Translations under genes and position numbers: made by a program
Shown: piece by piece, positions 26,501-41,500 of the stretch
Layout of the letters: every line of letters begins with the position of its first letter
Position numbering within the stretch: the stretch's first letter is position 1
From: Bugula neritina
Taxonomy: Eukaryota > Animalia > Bryozoa
Length of the DNA: 64,000 nucleotides
Assembly (NCBI GenBank): GCA_964035545.1
Contig: OZ037766.1
Location: forward strand, 4,578,722 to 4,642,721
Reading direction: 5' to 3'
Notes under the pieces: generated by a model
The model's database searches: none
The model's input: the letters and a program-made list of their open reading frames with translations, nothing else
What the model was told of the DNA's origin: nothing

Positions 26501-29398
26501 ATTATAAAATCTATAACACAGGCACTTACATAAATAGATCACAGTGGCGTCTTTTTCTAAGAAGTTCAAAAATACAACATTATGGAGAGAATGTATTATA
26601 GAACCGGTTGTCAAATGTATTATATATTTAAGAGATATCAGATTGACAACCATTTATCAATAGTAGATCACCACCCTGTTGTATGAAAGTGAATATCAAT
26701 GTGAGAGTACTTTCGACAACACTCACTTTATGTTTTTGCTGCTGTAGTAGCCAGAGAGTAAACTAGCAAGCAATTGGTTGAGCAGATCTGAGCCATCTTG
26801 TGTACAGGAAGTGAGAAAAGCTTCTTCTAACTCCTGTTACAGTTTATATGAGTCACCATTAAACAACTTTCCTTACATATTTCATTGCAAATGAGATAAA
26901 TTAGCTTAATTCTAGTTATTGAAGATATAGCAAAACTTTAATAAGAAACATGATTTAACCAACTCAATAGACAAAGTATACAAATAAATTGAAAGATTAA
27001 CTACAATGGCAATGGTTAGACCAATATATGATTTAGAATAATTTACCTGATCCAACAATTATGAATATTAAATTTGAAAACAATTAGGAAGTTTCAGCTA
27101 TAGTTGGTAATGGCAACATTAATCAAAATAAGTGTAAGACTGAATGCAAACGAGTACATAACAAAAGTACATTAAGTTCTATGTCATGATGTACTAATTT
27201 GATTCTTGTTATGATTACCATAAACTAATTAACATATTAAATCTCATACTGATTGTTAGTTTATTCATAACTGTCAATATCTAAGATTATCATTCTTATG
27301 ACCAGACATTCAAATTTAATTTTAATAATTCACTTAAAAGACAGAAAGTAAAACTATTCTCATTATGTACTTATATATTCATACCGACATAGCTCTTAGC
27401 ATTAAACTTATTGTAATTTTTATACTTTAGTAAAAACGTAGCTATGCCAATAAAAATAATACTAATAGTAATAAACTTACTTTGGTTACACTTGTAACAG
27501 TAGCGGTAGTAGTAGCTCCAGTTATACTTATAGCTACAGACAGTGATAGTATTATTATAAATATTCATATCATTATTAAATTTATTTCATAATTAATATT
27601 AGCATTAAATAAGCATTAGAAAATTGAAATACAAATACTAAGTTGTAAAAATAGAACACCGATAGATTCAAAGCATAAATAAGGTTATTCTCTTCTTCAA
27701 ATTGTGGCCTCAGATTTTTCGCTAAAGTGCTTTATGGGTGGTTTATGTGCTTTTCATTAAATTACTAACTAGCCCATAGCTAATTTAAATAGAACTTAAG
27801 TTCTGATAGAGCTATGGTGGTTTTCATTACGTGAGTTAGTGAATTGTTGCTTAGGATTTGCCAATAAACATCAATAACATAAAAGAAAAATCTGTGGTCT
27901 TTTTATTTACTACAAGTTTCAGAAATAAATTGCAGTATTCACAAATTTATTGCACTAAGCCTCCTAGAGGCTTAGTGTGGTTAATTAGCCATAAGAACTG
28001 TTGAAACTAGAAATTATAGCTTCAAGCAACTATGTAAATAACAAGCTTTGACTTAAAAGGCTACCACATTACAAAGTCTATGACAAAGAATGTGTAACAA
28101 AGACAAACTCACTAACTCAGCTCTACCATCCTTACTTGAGCAAACAATAGGCACAAATGCTAAAAATTGAGCATAGGTCTTTAAAAATGTTTGAATACAT
28201 CACTTATTTACAATAAACCTATTTAAATTATTGATAAAAATAAAAAAACTTCCAAGGCACCAATATCTTAGGATTCTACTGATATATTTTTTGTAAAGCT
28301 AGGACAAGTAAAGGAGTAATTTGGGGGGTGGTACTGACATCATGTTATTTTCCCCTAAAAATAGACTGTTTAAAGCATAACAGATAAAAATAAAATTTCA
28401 AAAAGCCTCCAAGAGAGCATGAAAAGATATACAAAATGGTTTTACATTCTGTTTCTAGCCTACATAGCTTTTTGTTTTATTTGAGGCGTACATATACATT
28501 AACAATGGAGGGTTTACGACTTAGAATCCATTGGAGGTTGAGCTTATTCATACTGTGTTAGCAATAACTATGAGTAAAACTAATGACTAAAAAGTAATGT
28601 TTTCATTGCGAATCATTATCTTAAAATTAAATATAATAAATAATAAGTACTAAGTATTAGTGTTACTAGTAGTAGCACTATTACTATTAGTATAACTAAA
28701 AATATGATAGTTATAATAATAATAATAAATATTAACATCAACATAATTTAAATTATAATATTAATTATGATATAAATATAATTATGATATAAATCAAATA
28801 AAATTTTAAACTTCAAATATATAACCTTATAATTTATATTACTATTAGTAAGAGTACTATTACTATAACTATTAGTATTGCTATTAGTATTGCTTTTAGC
28901 ATACCTATGGCTATACTATCTTAGCAATAAATTAAAAATAAATGCAATAATAATAAAATAATATAATAAACAAAACATTAAATTTAATACTAAAATTAAA
29001 TTAAAAATTTTTAGTATTTTCAAATTTATCTCGTGACTTAATCTATCACTATGATCATCACACTGACAAAATAAAGGGCAATTATAGTTTACATTCTGTT
29101 AATATTAAATGTGGTGATTTCAGTACTGGGGCATGGGAATAACTATAAGTCAGAGTTCAAGTGTTGAGGGTTAATGTTAGTTACCTCCACATGAAGTTCT
29201 GGCAGTTGAAAGACTCTGTGAAACGTGGTAACAAAGTACGCTATGGAAGGTACTTCCCATCTCACCCGCAGCTCTAAAAATTAGTTATTAATCTTTAATG
29301 TTTCAACGCAAAATTGTAGCGTTCATCTAATGACAAGCTGACAAATAAATGATAATAACCACAGCTTTAAATAACTTGCTTTTGTACTTACCGTCCAT
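20560..29398 (-). CDS. CECR2: CECR2-like chromatin-remodelling subunit (DDT-WHIM-bromodomain; ISWI partner family)
   Basis: Exons 29398-29392, 29273-29185, 26833-26727, 26510-26327, 26114-25987, 25799-25749, 24984-24795, 24475-24386, 23944-23773, 23487-23393, 22359-22218, 22030-21812, 21718-21444, 21183-20560 (TAG). N-terminus MDELRVRWEVPSIAYF...LPELHVEELEEAF, WHIM motifs (LCMYRLDAEDV, MRVEPVGKDDEGATYW, WSLLCSTEEEW), bromodomain WPFLEPV...APDYFDIIDTPMDI...NCTKYNG. AATAAA (minus strand) near 20335. Confidence 0.88.
22700..23379. repeat. 23-bp minisatellite, about 29 copies (TACTAAGT[C/T]ATAGTTGACTAGCA)
   Basis: Period 23, nearly identical units, no spacers, in a CECR2 intron. Confidence 0.97.
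24995..25178. repeat. Degenerate short tandem repeat (CAGCAGACGTAC core) next to a CECR2 acceptor
   Basis: About 10 copies of variable length. Confidence 0.85.
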
Positions 29399-32300
29399 TT
29401 TGTGAACAGATGGCGTTGGTTGCTCATGTTAGACTGTGTTTTTCATCCTGTTTCAATATCGGTATGTTTATTACGTTGGTCAGCGAATTAACACCGACAA
29501 CAGTCATCGCCTTTAAAGAGAAAATAACTTTATACGTCGCTCTTGCCGCTTTCAGAGTGATCTTCTCTTTGCCTGATAAAATGACTCAAGTTTTTACAAG
29601 AAAATTATGTCACTTATGTGAAGTTGGGGTACTACTTATGTATAGTAATCATTGGTAAAGAGGATCAGCCTATGTTGCAATTAAAATATTGTTAGAGTGA
29701 GTTTGAAACCAACCAAAGAAAAAAATAACATTCAATATGCGTGAATAGACTCGCCTAAAACATAATAAGTATAACATGAACTTAATATTTACCATCCGTT
29801 GAATATTTTTTTGTTTTTTTAATTAACTATTTTAAAAAAGCAAATTAAAATTTGCAAACAAAAATTTGCTATAAACAATATTTGGATGCTGCTGCTTTGT
29901 AAATTTAGAGAGCTAAGGAAAACTCTAATAGCAATTTGAATTAAATTCTATTTACCAGCATAAAAACTTATATATGCTTACTACTCACCAACAAACATGA
30001 AATCATATTGTAATGGTCAGTGCTGCCTTCTGCGCATGAAAGACAAATATTTCAGAGTTATTGTCTCTTGTTTTTATGCAACTATTTTCAATAGTTGAAT
30101 TTGTGTAAATATGATAATTGTCTTCTTATTGTCCAACTTTCCATTTTGCCTTTATTGTTATGTAACATTTTATTATACAACTTCTAGTACTACTATACTT
30201 CCATTATATAATTGTTTTGGGTCGTTAAGTTACCTAACCGTTTATAATAGCTCACATAAAGTGTCCCATCTGCCCTCCCCCACACAGACAAGGATCTTCT
30301 ATGCATTAGTTATCATTCTACTGTATTTTATACTGTTGACATCTTCCACAGTTATACATCAGGCATCTATTGGGAAATTAAAGCTCACTATCTAGATAAT
30401 TGGAGTTGCGTTCTCAACTAGTTGATGTTCTAGTTTCAACGGCAGAGGAAACACAAAACCTTAACAATATCAGTGCTTTTCACAACAGCACAGTAACTAT
30501 TTACAATCATTGAAAAACTCTACATAGATCTGTGCAAAATACTCTCGTAATACAATTAAAATATATATTAAATACCAAAAGCTTTTCTTTCATTCTTGTG
30601 TTTATTCTGTTTATTGAAGTACACAATTCCTACGTTGATTCAGAAAAGCCTACAGTATATTTACAAAACTATTTCAGTTAATCAGACTGTATAGACAGCT
30701 ATAGCATGGAGTAGTTGGCAGGATAATTATTGAACATGTAAGTAATTACACGCACACACACACATACAGTAGATAATTGTAGATTAAAGCAGGGAGTAAT
30801 TGATGAAGATGGCACATTTAATCAGGCATGACTTTGCAGGTATGAATAGGTTAATATTGATTAAATTTTACAGTTAACAAGCACCTATACACCACAACCA
30901 AGTTTCATTCCTGACTTATACAGCATTTTTCAATCTAGCAAACTGCAACCAGAGCTGTTTGAGCTACACTCACCTGTAGTCTATAAATTCCGAACAATAC
31001 AAAGATGGATTGTCAGGAAATTGAGCTTATGCAGTTGGCAATAACTTTACAATTTAAAATACGAAGATTCTAAGTTTAGTTAAATCTCCAGAGAGACTTT
31101 CTAGAAATTTGATGTGCGTATGATCAATAACTACGGACACACGAGTGCACCTTGTGCTAGCCAACTACTTTCCGTAACTATGCATAGCTTTCACAGAACT
31201 TAATTTTTTAATTCACTGTAGAGAATTGAAAACTATGTACTACAAGAAACCTATTGTATTTGTCAAAATATTATATTCAATCAAATATTAATGGCCTTTA
31301 AGGCTTTATAAAATTAGCTTAAAATGATCAATTCAGTAATTACATTAATAATCAGCTAGATGTTAAAATTTGACTTTAGATTTGCAAAGTACAATTTAGC
31401 TTTTTGCCTGATTTAACTACTGCTTTAGACAAAATAGCGGAATTAAAGAGAAGAAAACTGTATTTCCCTTTTTTAAAACAAATTTCAATTTCTCCATAAT
31501 AACATCTTCCAGGTATTATATGTACTAGCTTTGAACTTGGTGATTTAGCCTTTTTATCATTTACATTCTTTCTTAATGCAGAAGTCCTAGAGAACTTCTA
31601 CCTATGCCAGACTTTGTTAGCAAAGGGTTGCATAAGTATTTCTCCCAGTATGTAATTTTAAAGTTGTAGAGTTAGTGTAAATTTTGTATAATTTATGCAG
31701 GATTACAGTAGCCAACACCCATTGTTTCACAAATATTAGAATGTCATGTGCCTCCATTAGATCACAAGATGTACTGAATTCATTCAAGCACCTAGTACAT
31801 ATATGCAATATTTTATAACATATTATCATAAACTAATTAGCAAGAAGCAACAAATATATTATGTTTAGTTTTCTGTTATGTTTAGTTTGTAGTCTTATTC
31901 TTGCAAGTTTACTGATATTTCAGCCGAATTATCACATTTCATCTACGCGTTGCTCAGAAGCATGGATACCTGCAAATGAAGCTTCAGTTACATTCATATA
32001 GATGCCTGAGCTACGCTCCCAAGTCAATGCACTATTGATCGCTATCTGGGATGATAAGGCCTGCATTAAGCTCTATTGTGTGATATAATATACAACTCAG
32101 ATGCTGATTACGTAGGATACGCAAGGCATACGCAAGGCGGAGCTTCAGTCTTTTTTCTTTTCTGGGCTTGTAAAGTTTATTAGTATATAACTCTGCAGAC
32201 TGCTTGCTACTCTGAAACAGCGGGTGCTAGACAGTATTATATAACTCAAGTATATATATGACAGTTTTCAAAGATTTTTTAAAGGTAAGCCTATTTAAAT

Positions 32301-33838
32301 TAGATCTCTTCTTACCCAATGGGTTTGGGTAACTCTATCAATTACCGTGAAAGCATATGTTCTTTCACTAATTCAATGTGAGCTAACACTTGCTTTGCAT
32401 TTAGTCCAAGTTTATGTTGCATGACTCTAGTTTCTAGTTTGCTCAGATTTTCACGCAACAACATCTTTACCAAAATAAAGTCAAAATGAGAACAAAATTA
32501 ATATCCAAAAGGGTCATAGTTAGCTATTTAACTTGTTTTAAATTCAATTTTAGAGTTTATAGATTAAGAACTTCAAAAGAAATAAATTTAATTATCAATG
32601 TGTCAGTACGACAAGAATATTTTTATTGTAAAAAGAAACAACTGCCTGATATAAAATATACATTGAAAGTTGCAAGTACTAGGGAGTCAATAATGCATTA
32701 TTTATACATCTATTGTTAAACCAATCAGGTTGCCAAGTTAAAACAAAACTCTGAACTACATGTTTAAGTAGTTGTTAATGCAACTACTAATAGAAAAACT
32801 AGAAACCCACAGAGGAGTAAAATTATAAATTATTAACATTTTTCCTTTATTTTTTCTGATTGAATTCAAACTAAGTTTGCTTCTGGGTGATCCTATTGTA
32901 ATACAAAGTTTAATAATCATACTTCTCAGTGGCTTCTTTTAAACCATCTAATATACTAGTTAGCTTAGGCAATATTTGTGGGCTTTACTTGGTAATATAT
33001 GTTAGTCTGTAAAGTGTGTTGGCAGTGTTAGTAGAGGTTTTATTTTGAACTGTGGTATTAGATTTTATTACCATATTTAAGATTAATGTTTTAATATGAC
33101 CAACTATAATTCTCTCAAAGAAAAAGCTACAAAGATGTTCTTCTAATACTATCACAGCTAATTTATTGCACTTACTGTTCTACTTTATAAACAAGTATGT
33201 TACTAATTTGAATTGGGTTGAAGTTATTACATTCAGGTTTTACATTTTGTAAATACTTTATTTCCTGAATCCAGTTTAATTCTGTTTGTGCTGCATTTGC
33301 CAGTCATGTTTGTTTTAACAGACTAACACCTGATTTGACTCAATACATTCAATATTCATTCATTCGCTGTAAAACAAACTTGTATAATAAAACGATCACA
33401 ACTGTTGGGTGCTACTTTTAGATATCCTAAGCTAAGGTCCACTAGTAATCTTTAAAGATGTGACTACCTCGTTCTATTGCTATGATTTGCTCATTTATGA
33501 CATATTCATGGATGTTGGTGTAAAATGCACATGCTTGCAGTTAGCTCTATTACTAAACGAAGCATTCAATCAATATGATGCTACATACTTTGGTTCAGAT
33601 ATTCATTTCCCAGAAGATATTGCACCTTTTATGCTTTCTATGAGAATTTATTCAAATATATTTTCAAGCAGCTTATGGTATTGTAGTAGCCTTGGGCTGT
33701 ATAGATGCTCCTTATTAATACTGTACTAGTATATAATGATGAATAATAATAAAGTTAGGACTATTAATCCTTATCCCTCAGGCTAAATATTCTATTCCTT
33801 TTAGTTAAGAAGATAATTGAGACTCAAATGCTAGATAG

Positions 33839-34151
<313 letters not shown>

Positions 34152-35723
34152 GATTATTACACCATTTACCAATTTTTCCAACATCAGATTCAGATTACTA
34201 ACTATGCCAACATAACATGATAGAATTGCAATATTAATGTTTTAACAATTAACTCGTAAGTTACTGCTTATTAGATTCAGTCTCCAATCATATAATGCTT
34301 AGTACAGGTGAAATGACCTGCAACAGCTCAAACTGATACACAGGGCTCAGCTTAAAATAGATTCTTGCTGCAAATGTAGGCTAAGCTAGCCTTGCTGCAG
34401 CTCTGGGTATACCCCACACACACACACACACACACAGCAACAACATTATTTTGAGTTTATCTACTATCAACATTTGTACCAGGCAAAATACTATTAGATA
34501 AGAAGGGATAATCAAATAGCATTTTATTGCTGCAGCTACAAACTTCCTGCGTCAATTCTTAAAGAGCAATCTTGCATTAATTTATAAAAAAACACTTTAT
34601 AAAAGTACACTTGAAGATCTAAAAAAATATACTGAATTGCATTCTTTAGAAACCTTGCCATATGTACATCAAATTTCCCTCTATATAGTGCAAAAAAGTC
34701 TTTTTTTAATTCAAATCTCGATAAACGATATATACTATATGCACTATATATATGCTATAATGTATACTATATTTACATATAACCAGTAATTAAACTTATG
34801 ACCAAACTAAGACATTTATCGAATAATATAATAATGTAAAGTTATTGTATATAATATTCATAATTATTATAAATACTATATGCCATGTGCCATGACTCTC
34901 ATTAGAAGAGTTTTAATTAATGCTATAGTCAAGTCATTTGCTTACCTTTATGCACTGCATTATGTAGTTTACTGTTGTACTATAATTATTAGAATTGAAG
35001 TGCAACCTGAAATTACATTATATAACCAATGTAATTAGAAAGTTAATAATATGAGAAGCTATGGTTATAAACCAGAAATTAACTGCACCGGTTCTCAAGT
35101 CCACTAACCAGTTTGATTCAATAGTCAACGTGAAATATAATTTCCTTTTGGAGTCGTATGATTGTGGGATTAAAACTAATAGAGGGACTTTTTATGGCCT
35201 TGAGGTCAGTTGGTAGTCTCAAAGTATCTCAGGTTAGCTTTTTAATACGATGGTACTCAGCTAACTCAGCTCATAATTTTTCTACTTTCAGCTCATTGCC
35301 ATATCCGTCCGCTCTCGAGATTATCACGGACACATAGTATATCTGCCTCCGAATAAAAAGAGCAGCTCCTGTTACACCAAAGTGCTTGAATGAAAACTTT
35401 TCAGGTTACAAACTATGTATTCTGTACCAAATTTATTTCAAACTATAAATTTCTTTAAACATCTTTTCAAAAATTGCATGATTAAAATACGTGAAAGCAT
35501 TCCAGCCTTTAAGATATGCGTCTCATGGTATATTTTGCAGGTTAGAAGCTATGGATTCTACACCAAATTAATTTTGAACTATAAATCTGTTTGCACACTT
35601 TTTTTTCAAAAATTACAACATGAAAGGTAAAAAGCATTCTAATTTTTAGCCTTTAAAATATTTTGCTTATGGTATATTTTACAGAAATAAGTTTGAACAG
35701 AAAAACCCAACTCATGTGATCAA

Positions 35724-38511
35724 ATGGATGCTGACCATCGGGTCATTATCAACGTTGGAGGAGTGCGCCATGAGACATACAAAGCTACTTTGAAGAAAAT
35801 ACCCGCCACTAGACTTTCAAAACTGACGGAGAATCTAGCCAATTATGATGCAGTTCTAAACGAGTATTTCTTCGACAGACATCCAGGAGTTTTCTCACAG
35901 ATTTTGAACTATTATCGAACAGGACAGCTTCATTATCCCACAGACGTATGCGGGCCTCTGTTTGAACGAGAGTTAGACTTTTGGGGATTAGATTCTAATC
36001 AAGTGGAGCCGTGCTGCTGGATGACATACACAGGGCACAGGAACACAGAAGAAGTTCTGGCTAAGTTAGACGAGTTAGATATTGACACTGAGAAGAAAAC
36101 CGAAGAACAAATTATGAAGAAATTTAATTTAGAAACTCAATTCATTGATGGCACATTGAAGCCGTGGCAGAAGATCAGACCAAAAATCTGGACATTGTTT
36201 AATGAACCATATTCCTCAAACTTTGCAAAGGTAAGGTAAATATATTCATCTTAATCTTCATTCGTCTTAAAAATAAAGCAACCAAAAATGGTCATGCATA
36301 AATAACATTCTGGTATGAAATTTCTTTCCATGGTGAATTACAAATTAGCATCTACCATTTAAAGGCTGGTTTCTTAAACTAGGAGTAAATTTCTGCATGC
36401 TCAAGTAGGAATAACACCAAATTGACTTAAACTTATCTAGATCAAGTCCTTTTTAGTTTAATGTTCATTATTTGCTAATACTTGTTCAAACACTTTTCAC
36501 ATTGATTAATTGGCACTATATCTTTCATTCAGACCAGACCTAATTATTGTGCAAGAGCTGTTACATAACAATACAGTATTGAATAACAAGCCAAATAGTT
36601 TTTAAATGCCACCTGCATTTGTAAACTCTGCATTTCAAGTTACTAAAATGTGTTTTTCAAATTAGGACATCAAGTAACCCTTCAAGCATATTATGAATAT
36701 TAATACTGTATTAAAATAAAAGTACTACTCTACTGACAATGCATTGAAAACTACAAGAATTTTGTTAAAGAGCAAGAAGTGTGTAATTCAAAAATGAAAT
36801 GCACTAACTTTCAAGACTTAAGTTCAATTATGTTGAACAATATACCTTTATATTAAATACTTATATTGATGAAAAAACTTAGCTGAATATCGGATGTAAG
36901 AGAATGATATTAATATTTATTACTCCCTGGGGACTGACTACTAACTATATATTTGTATGTATCATAAATATATATATGTGTGTGTGTAGTTTCAATAGTA
37001 TATAATAATATATTGTAACGTAGCTCATGGCATTCAGATACTCAACTTTCGTTAACAGCTCCCCTGTGTCAATAGTTGAAATTATTTCACCAGAGGCGAC
37101 AATTACTTGTAGCTCAATTGTCTAAATGCTACATATTAAAGATAGGCTGCCATTTGGACAGCAATATATGTAACCAATAGCTGCTTGTTTTAAATCAATA
37201 AAAGAGGATCAGCCAGTTTTAGTAGGATTGACTGGTGATGTTAAAAAATAGCTTTGTCGCCTCAAGCCTTCATCTGCTAGATACCCACAATAAATATATA
37301 TTACTTGTAAATAGTTAAATTTGCATCTAATTTTTCAAAGTATAGTTATGTATTCTAGATAATATTCCATGATAGACTCAATTATGTTACAATACTATTA
37401 CATGGCTATTAATTTAAACTAGAATAATTTTGTAAAGGAGAGCATGCCTTTATAGTACTGACTCTGTTAGTAAAGTAGTTATGGCTTGAACAACACATTT
37501 TAATATATAGCTATAATTTTCTTTTCAGTAATTGTTATATTCACCAATATCAAATCACTATAAAATGCCTAAACTTGTTGAAAGTTTTGCTGTAAAAAGG
37601 TGCATACCAGCTGCCTCGCATATCTATGAAAGCAGTTTAGAAAGTGCAAATGACAGTAGGTGGCAGGTGTCTGGACCAGCATGATTTTGACCTATAAACG
37701 CTGCATAACAAAGGCTATGTGCACATAATATATTTATTGGAAACTGAATATCAAAATCGCACTTACATTGTCAACAATTTTGTCAGTATAGAAAAAAATC
37801 TATAACTGCTGTTATAATATTTATATTATATATATTGGTGTGAGCGATGTGCATGTTTGCTAAGGTTGTATTGATCAGGGCAGTATATTATTAGAACATT
37901 GCTTTCGTCTGTTAGCCAAACAATGCAGACACTATTCTGTGAAGTAATGTGTGAATACTGAGGGCTGATCAAGACTAGTTGTCAATGTAAACAATATGTT
38001 TTTGTCTTTTTATAGCCAGTTGTGAGAAGATGATGGTGCTTATTTTGTCTTTTAGCACGTTTGGCTTTATAGAATAATTTAATGCATACAATTAATACGT
38101 GTTGAAAACAATAGATATAACTTCATACCAAATCAAAGTGAACACACTAATTCAGACTTTATTGGATAACTAGTGCTGCCTATATCGAATAGCTGACCTA
38201 CCAATCTATGCAAACCTCACTTCAAAGGTTTGGTGCCACCTACACATTGCAGGTTGTGTCTAATTATGGTTTACCGATAAATTAATTCAGCTTGAAAATT
38301 GTTGTCTGGCGGTAATTCTGACTGCAGCATTTCAGGAGGATTGGTCGGTCAAGAATAGCTGCTAAATTAGTTTTATACAGAGCTTAATATGTGTATTTCA
38401 AAATGAGTAAATTGAAGCATCATCAAAATATAGTAGTATATACTTGATGGTAATTAAAAGTGTGTGTGCGTGTGCGTGTGCGTGTGCGTGTGCGTGTGCG
38501 TGTGTGTGTGT

Positions 38512-38547
<36 letters not shown>

Positions 38548-41500
38548 GTGTGTTAGTAGTTATCTTGTAGTATCCATACATACAATACAATAACACTAAA
38601 CATATATGCTAGGTATATCTGCTACCCACCATATTACTTATATTTTTGTATACAGTTATGTATAAACATGTCAAGACCTGAACTATATAGCCTACACAGT
38701 CTTAAGTACATTTATTTTAAGCACCTGCACAATAATTAAACTATTCGCTGCCCAACCTACATTATAATATACAAGTACAACTCTCAATTTAAAGCTCTAG
38801 CATAATTATTACTGCAATAACTGCACACGCATGCATAACGTACAAATCTAGTATTATAATTATGTATTCATTACATGTCTTGTATATAATTAGAGTTATG
38901 AGTTTGTCTTCAACAGAGCAAGTCTTGTAGCAGTAATATTTAAATAAAAAGTATATGTGGTGAAATAACCTAGATTTTTGACATTGCCTTTGTATATCAA
39001 CCAAATTCACTAGAACAGAGCTGAATTAAAAGAGATTGGAATGAATATATTGATTTAGTTTGTAGTGTTTATTTTGAATTGTACAGTGTTATAGGCTGCA
39101 CTTACTGGTTGAAGGTAAAGAGCTGCATGCGACATATACAGCTCTGTTTATAGCAGTTTGTTTGTCAGGGTGAAGATAGTTTATTGATCGCTAACTACTT
39201 AATCTACCGACCGTATTCAGACTAATTAAAATTAAACTCTTTACTTTGCTAGTTTACTAGTTGATTAAAATTAGAACTCTTTACTATACTAGTTTACTAG
39301 TTGATTGAAATAAAATATATACTATTTTAGTTAACCTTTGAATTGGCCTCTGATAATAATAATGGCCTGATCACACTTCAAAAAAATAGACATTAATACT
39401 CTTATTGACTAAAAGTCAAATTGTGGAAGCAAAATCCAAAGCGGAACAGTTGAAAATGATCACATGACCAGACACTCTCTCAGCATGTTTTGCTGTTTTG
39501 TCAGCATGTAAATTTGTGCTCTGCAAAAGATAGAGAAGAGAGATAGATCTATATGTTGGCTTTTTTGTCTCAGCATCGTCACATTAGCTATGCTACAAAC
39601 TGGTTAACCAGGAAAATAGTTGCAGATAGTAGGCTGACACAATAAGACAACATATGACAAATAATATCTAATGGAATTCAATTATATAATCATTCAGTAG
39701 AAATAGAATATTCATTTCTTGTGAGAAAACCCCTATAAGAAGTTATTTTACCTTTATCTAAAATAGAGTAGTTAATGAAATAAGAAACAAGACATTGCAG
39801 AAAAAATATTATTGTATATTGAAAAATTGTTATTGTGATTGTTTGCTTAAAACTTTGAGGTGTTGTGCATTCACTTTAAAAGTTGCTATATTTGTATATA
39901 AAACTTTGTCTCTCTCTCTATTATAAACTTGACTTTAAGTTTAATCGTTGTACTCTAGAACAAAGTATTAAAAGTGCAAAGATTTACTGTTTTTTTCCAT
40001 AAATCATACATCAGCATAGCTTACAAGTTCACTTTGCTAGAAAGAAGTTTTATAATATGTTTAATTATTAGGAAGATATACTTGTGATTTTGTCTAACAT
40101 ATAGCCTGTGCTACACGATTCTTATACACAAATTCATACAAACGCAAACAATATAGAAGTATTATTCTATGCTTTTCATCATAACTATTTTGTATTTTGT
40201 AGTTTGTGAGCTTTGTATCAATCTCCTTTATCGTGATTTCCATAACTTCTTTCTGTCTAAAAACACACCCAGACCTTCGGATCCCATCAATAGAGAATGT
40301 GACCACAGATTTGGGAAATGGCACCGTGGTATCATGGTCCTTGCACAAGACTAGCACTAAACCACATATTGTTTTCTTTTACATAGAAGCAACGGCAAAT
40401 GCTTGGTTTACGTTTGAAATACTCATACGTTTTATAGTGTCGCCCAGTAAGTTTGATTTTGTACGAGATGTGATCAACATAATCGACGTGATTGCCACGT
40501 TGTCCTTCTATGCAGATATGATTATAACCATGCTGAATAGGTCACTTGGAAATGACATTCTGGAGTTTCTTAGTATGATCAGGATCATGAGGCTATTGAA
40601 GTTGACGAGACACTCGTCGGGGTTGAGAATACTCATACATACGTTCAAGGCTTCTGCCAAGGAACTCATTCTACTCATATTCTTTCTAATGCTATTCATC
40701 ATCGTCTTTGCTTCACTCATATTTTATGCTGAAAGATTGGAATACAATCCAGAAAATCATTTCACTAGCATACCCAGTGGGTTGTGGTGGGCTGTAGTTA
40801 CCATGACTACAGTAGGATATGGGGATATGACTCCTAAAACATATCTAGGAATGATAGTGGGAGGCATATGCGCTTTAATGGGTGTACTAACAATAGCTCT
40901 GCCCGTGCCAGTCATAGTGAGCAACTTTACAATGTTCTATACGCACACGCAAGCAAGATCAAAACTACCAAAGGAGAGGCGTAGCATTGTACCAGTTGAG
41001 GCTGTGCGACCTCATAGTCATGGTCACCATAGAGACTCCTCTCACATGCCTCGCAGGACATCTGCCTACCCTACTTCACACCACCCTGTAAGGCAAATAG
41101 GTAAATATAGAAACTAAGTCTAAAGTTCATATGCTGATAAGAGGCATGCATTTTGAATTCTACTGCATATTTTTCTGAGGCTTCTACTTGTTTCATACGC
41201 CACACTCTATAGCAATACTACATTTGTGTTAACAGGGTGTTGATGAAATGTGTAATATTATGCCAGGAAACTCTAAATAATTAATTATGATGGTAGTAGT
41301 AAATAGTAGTAAATAAACTCTCTAAAAACATAGAAAAGTTTTGTGACAATCATTTGAAATTGTAAATAAGTTATGAGTTTTCAGATTTTCTAGAAGTAGT
41401 AATTCACTTGAAAGCACTCGGGAATAGACCTTAGTAAGTTAGCGTTTTCAGGAACGACAACTAAATTCAACAGTGTATACATCAGTATTTCTAAATATTC

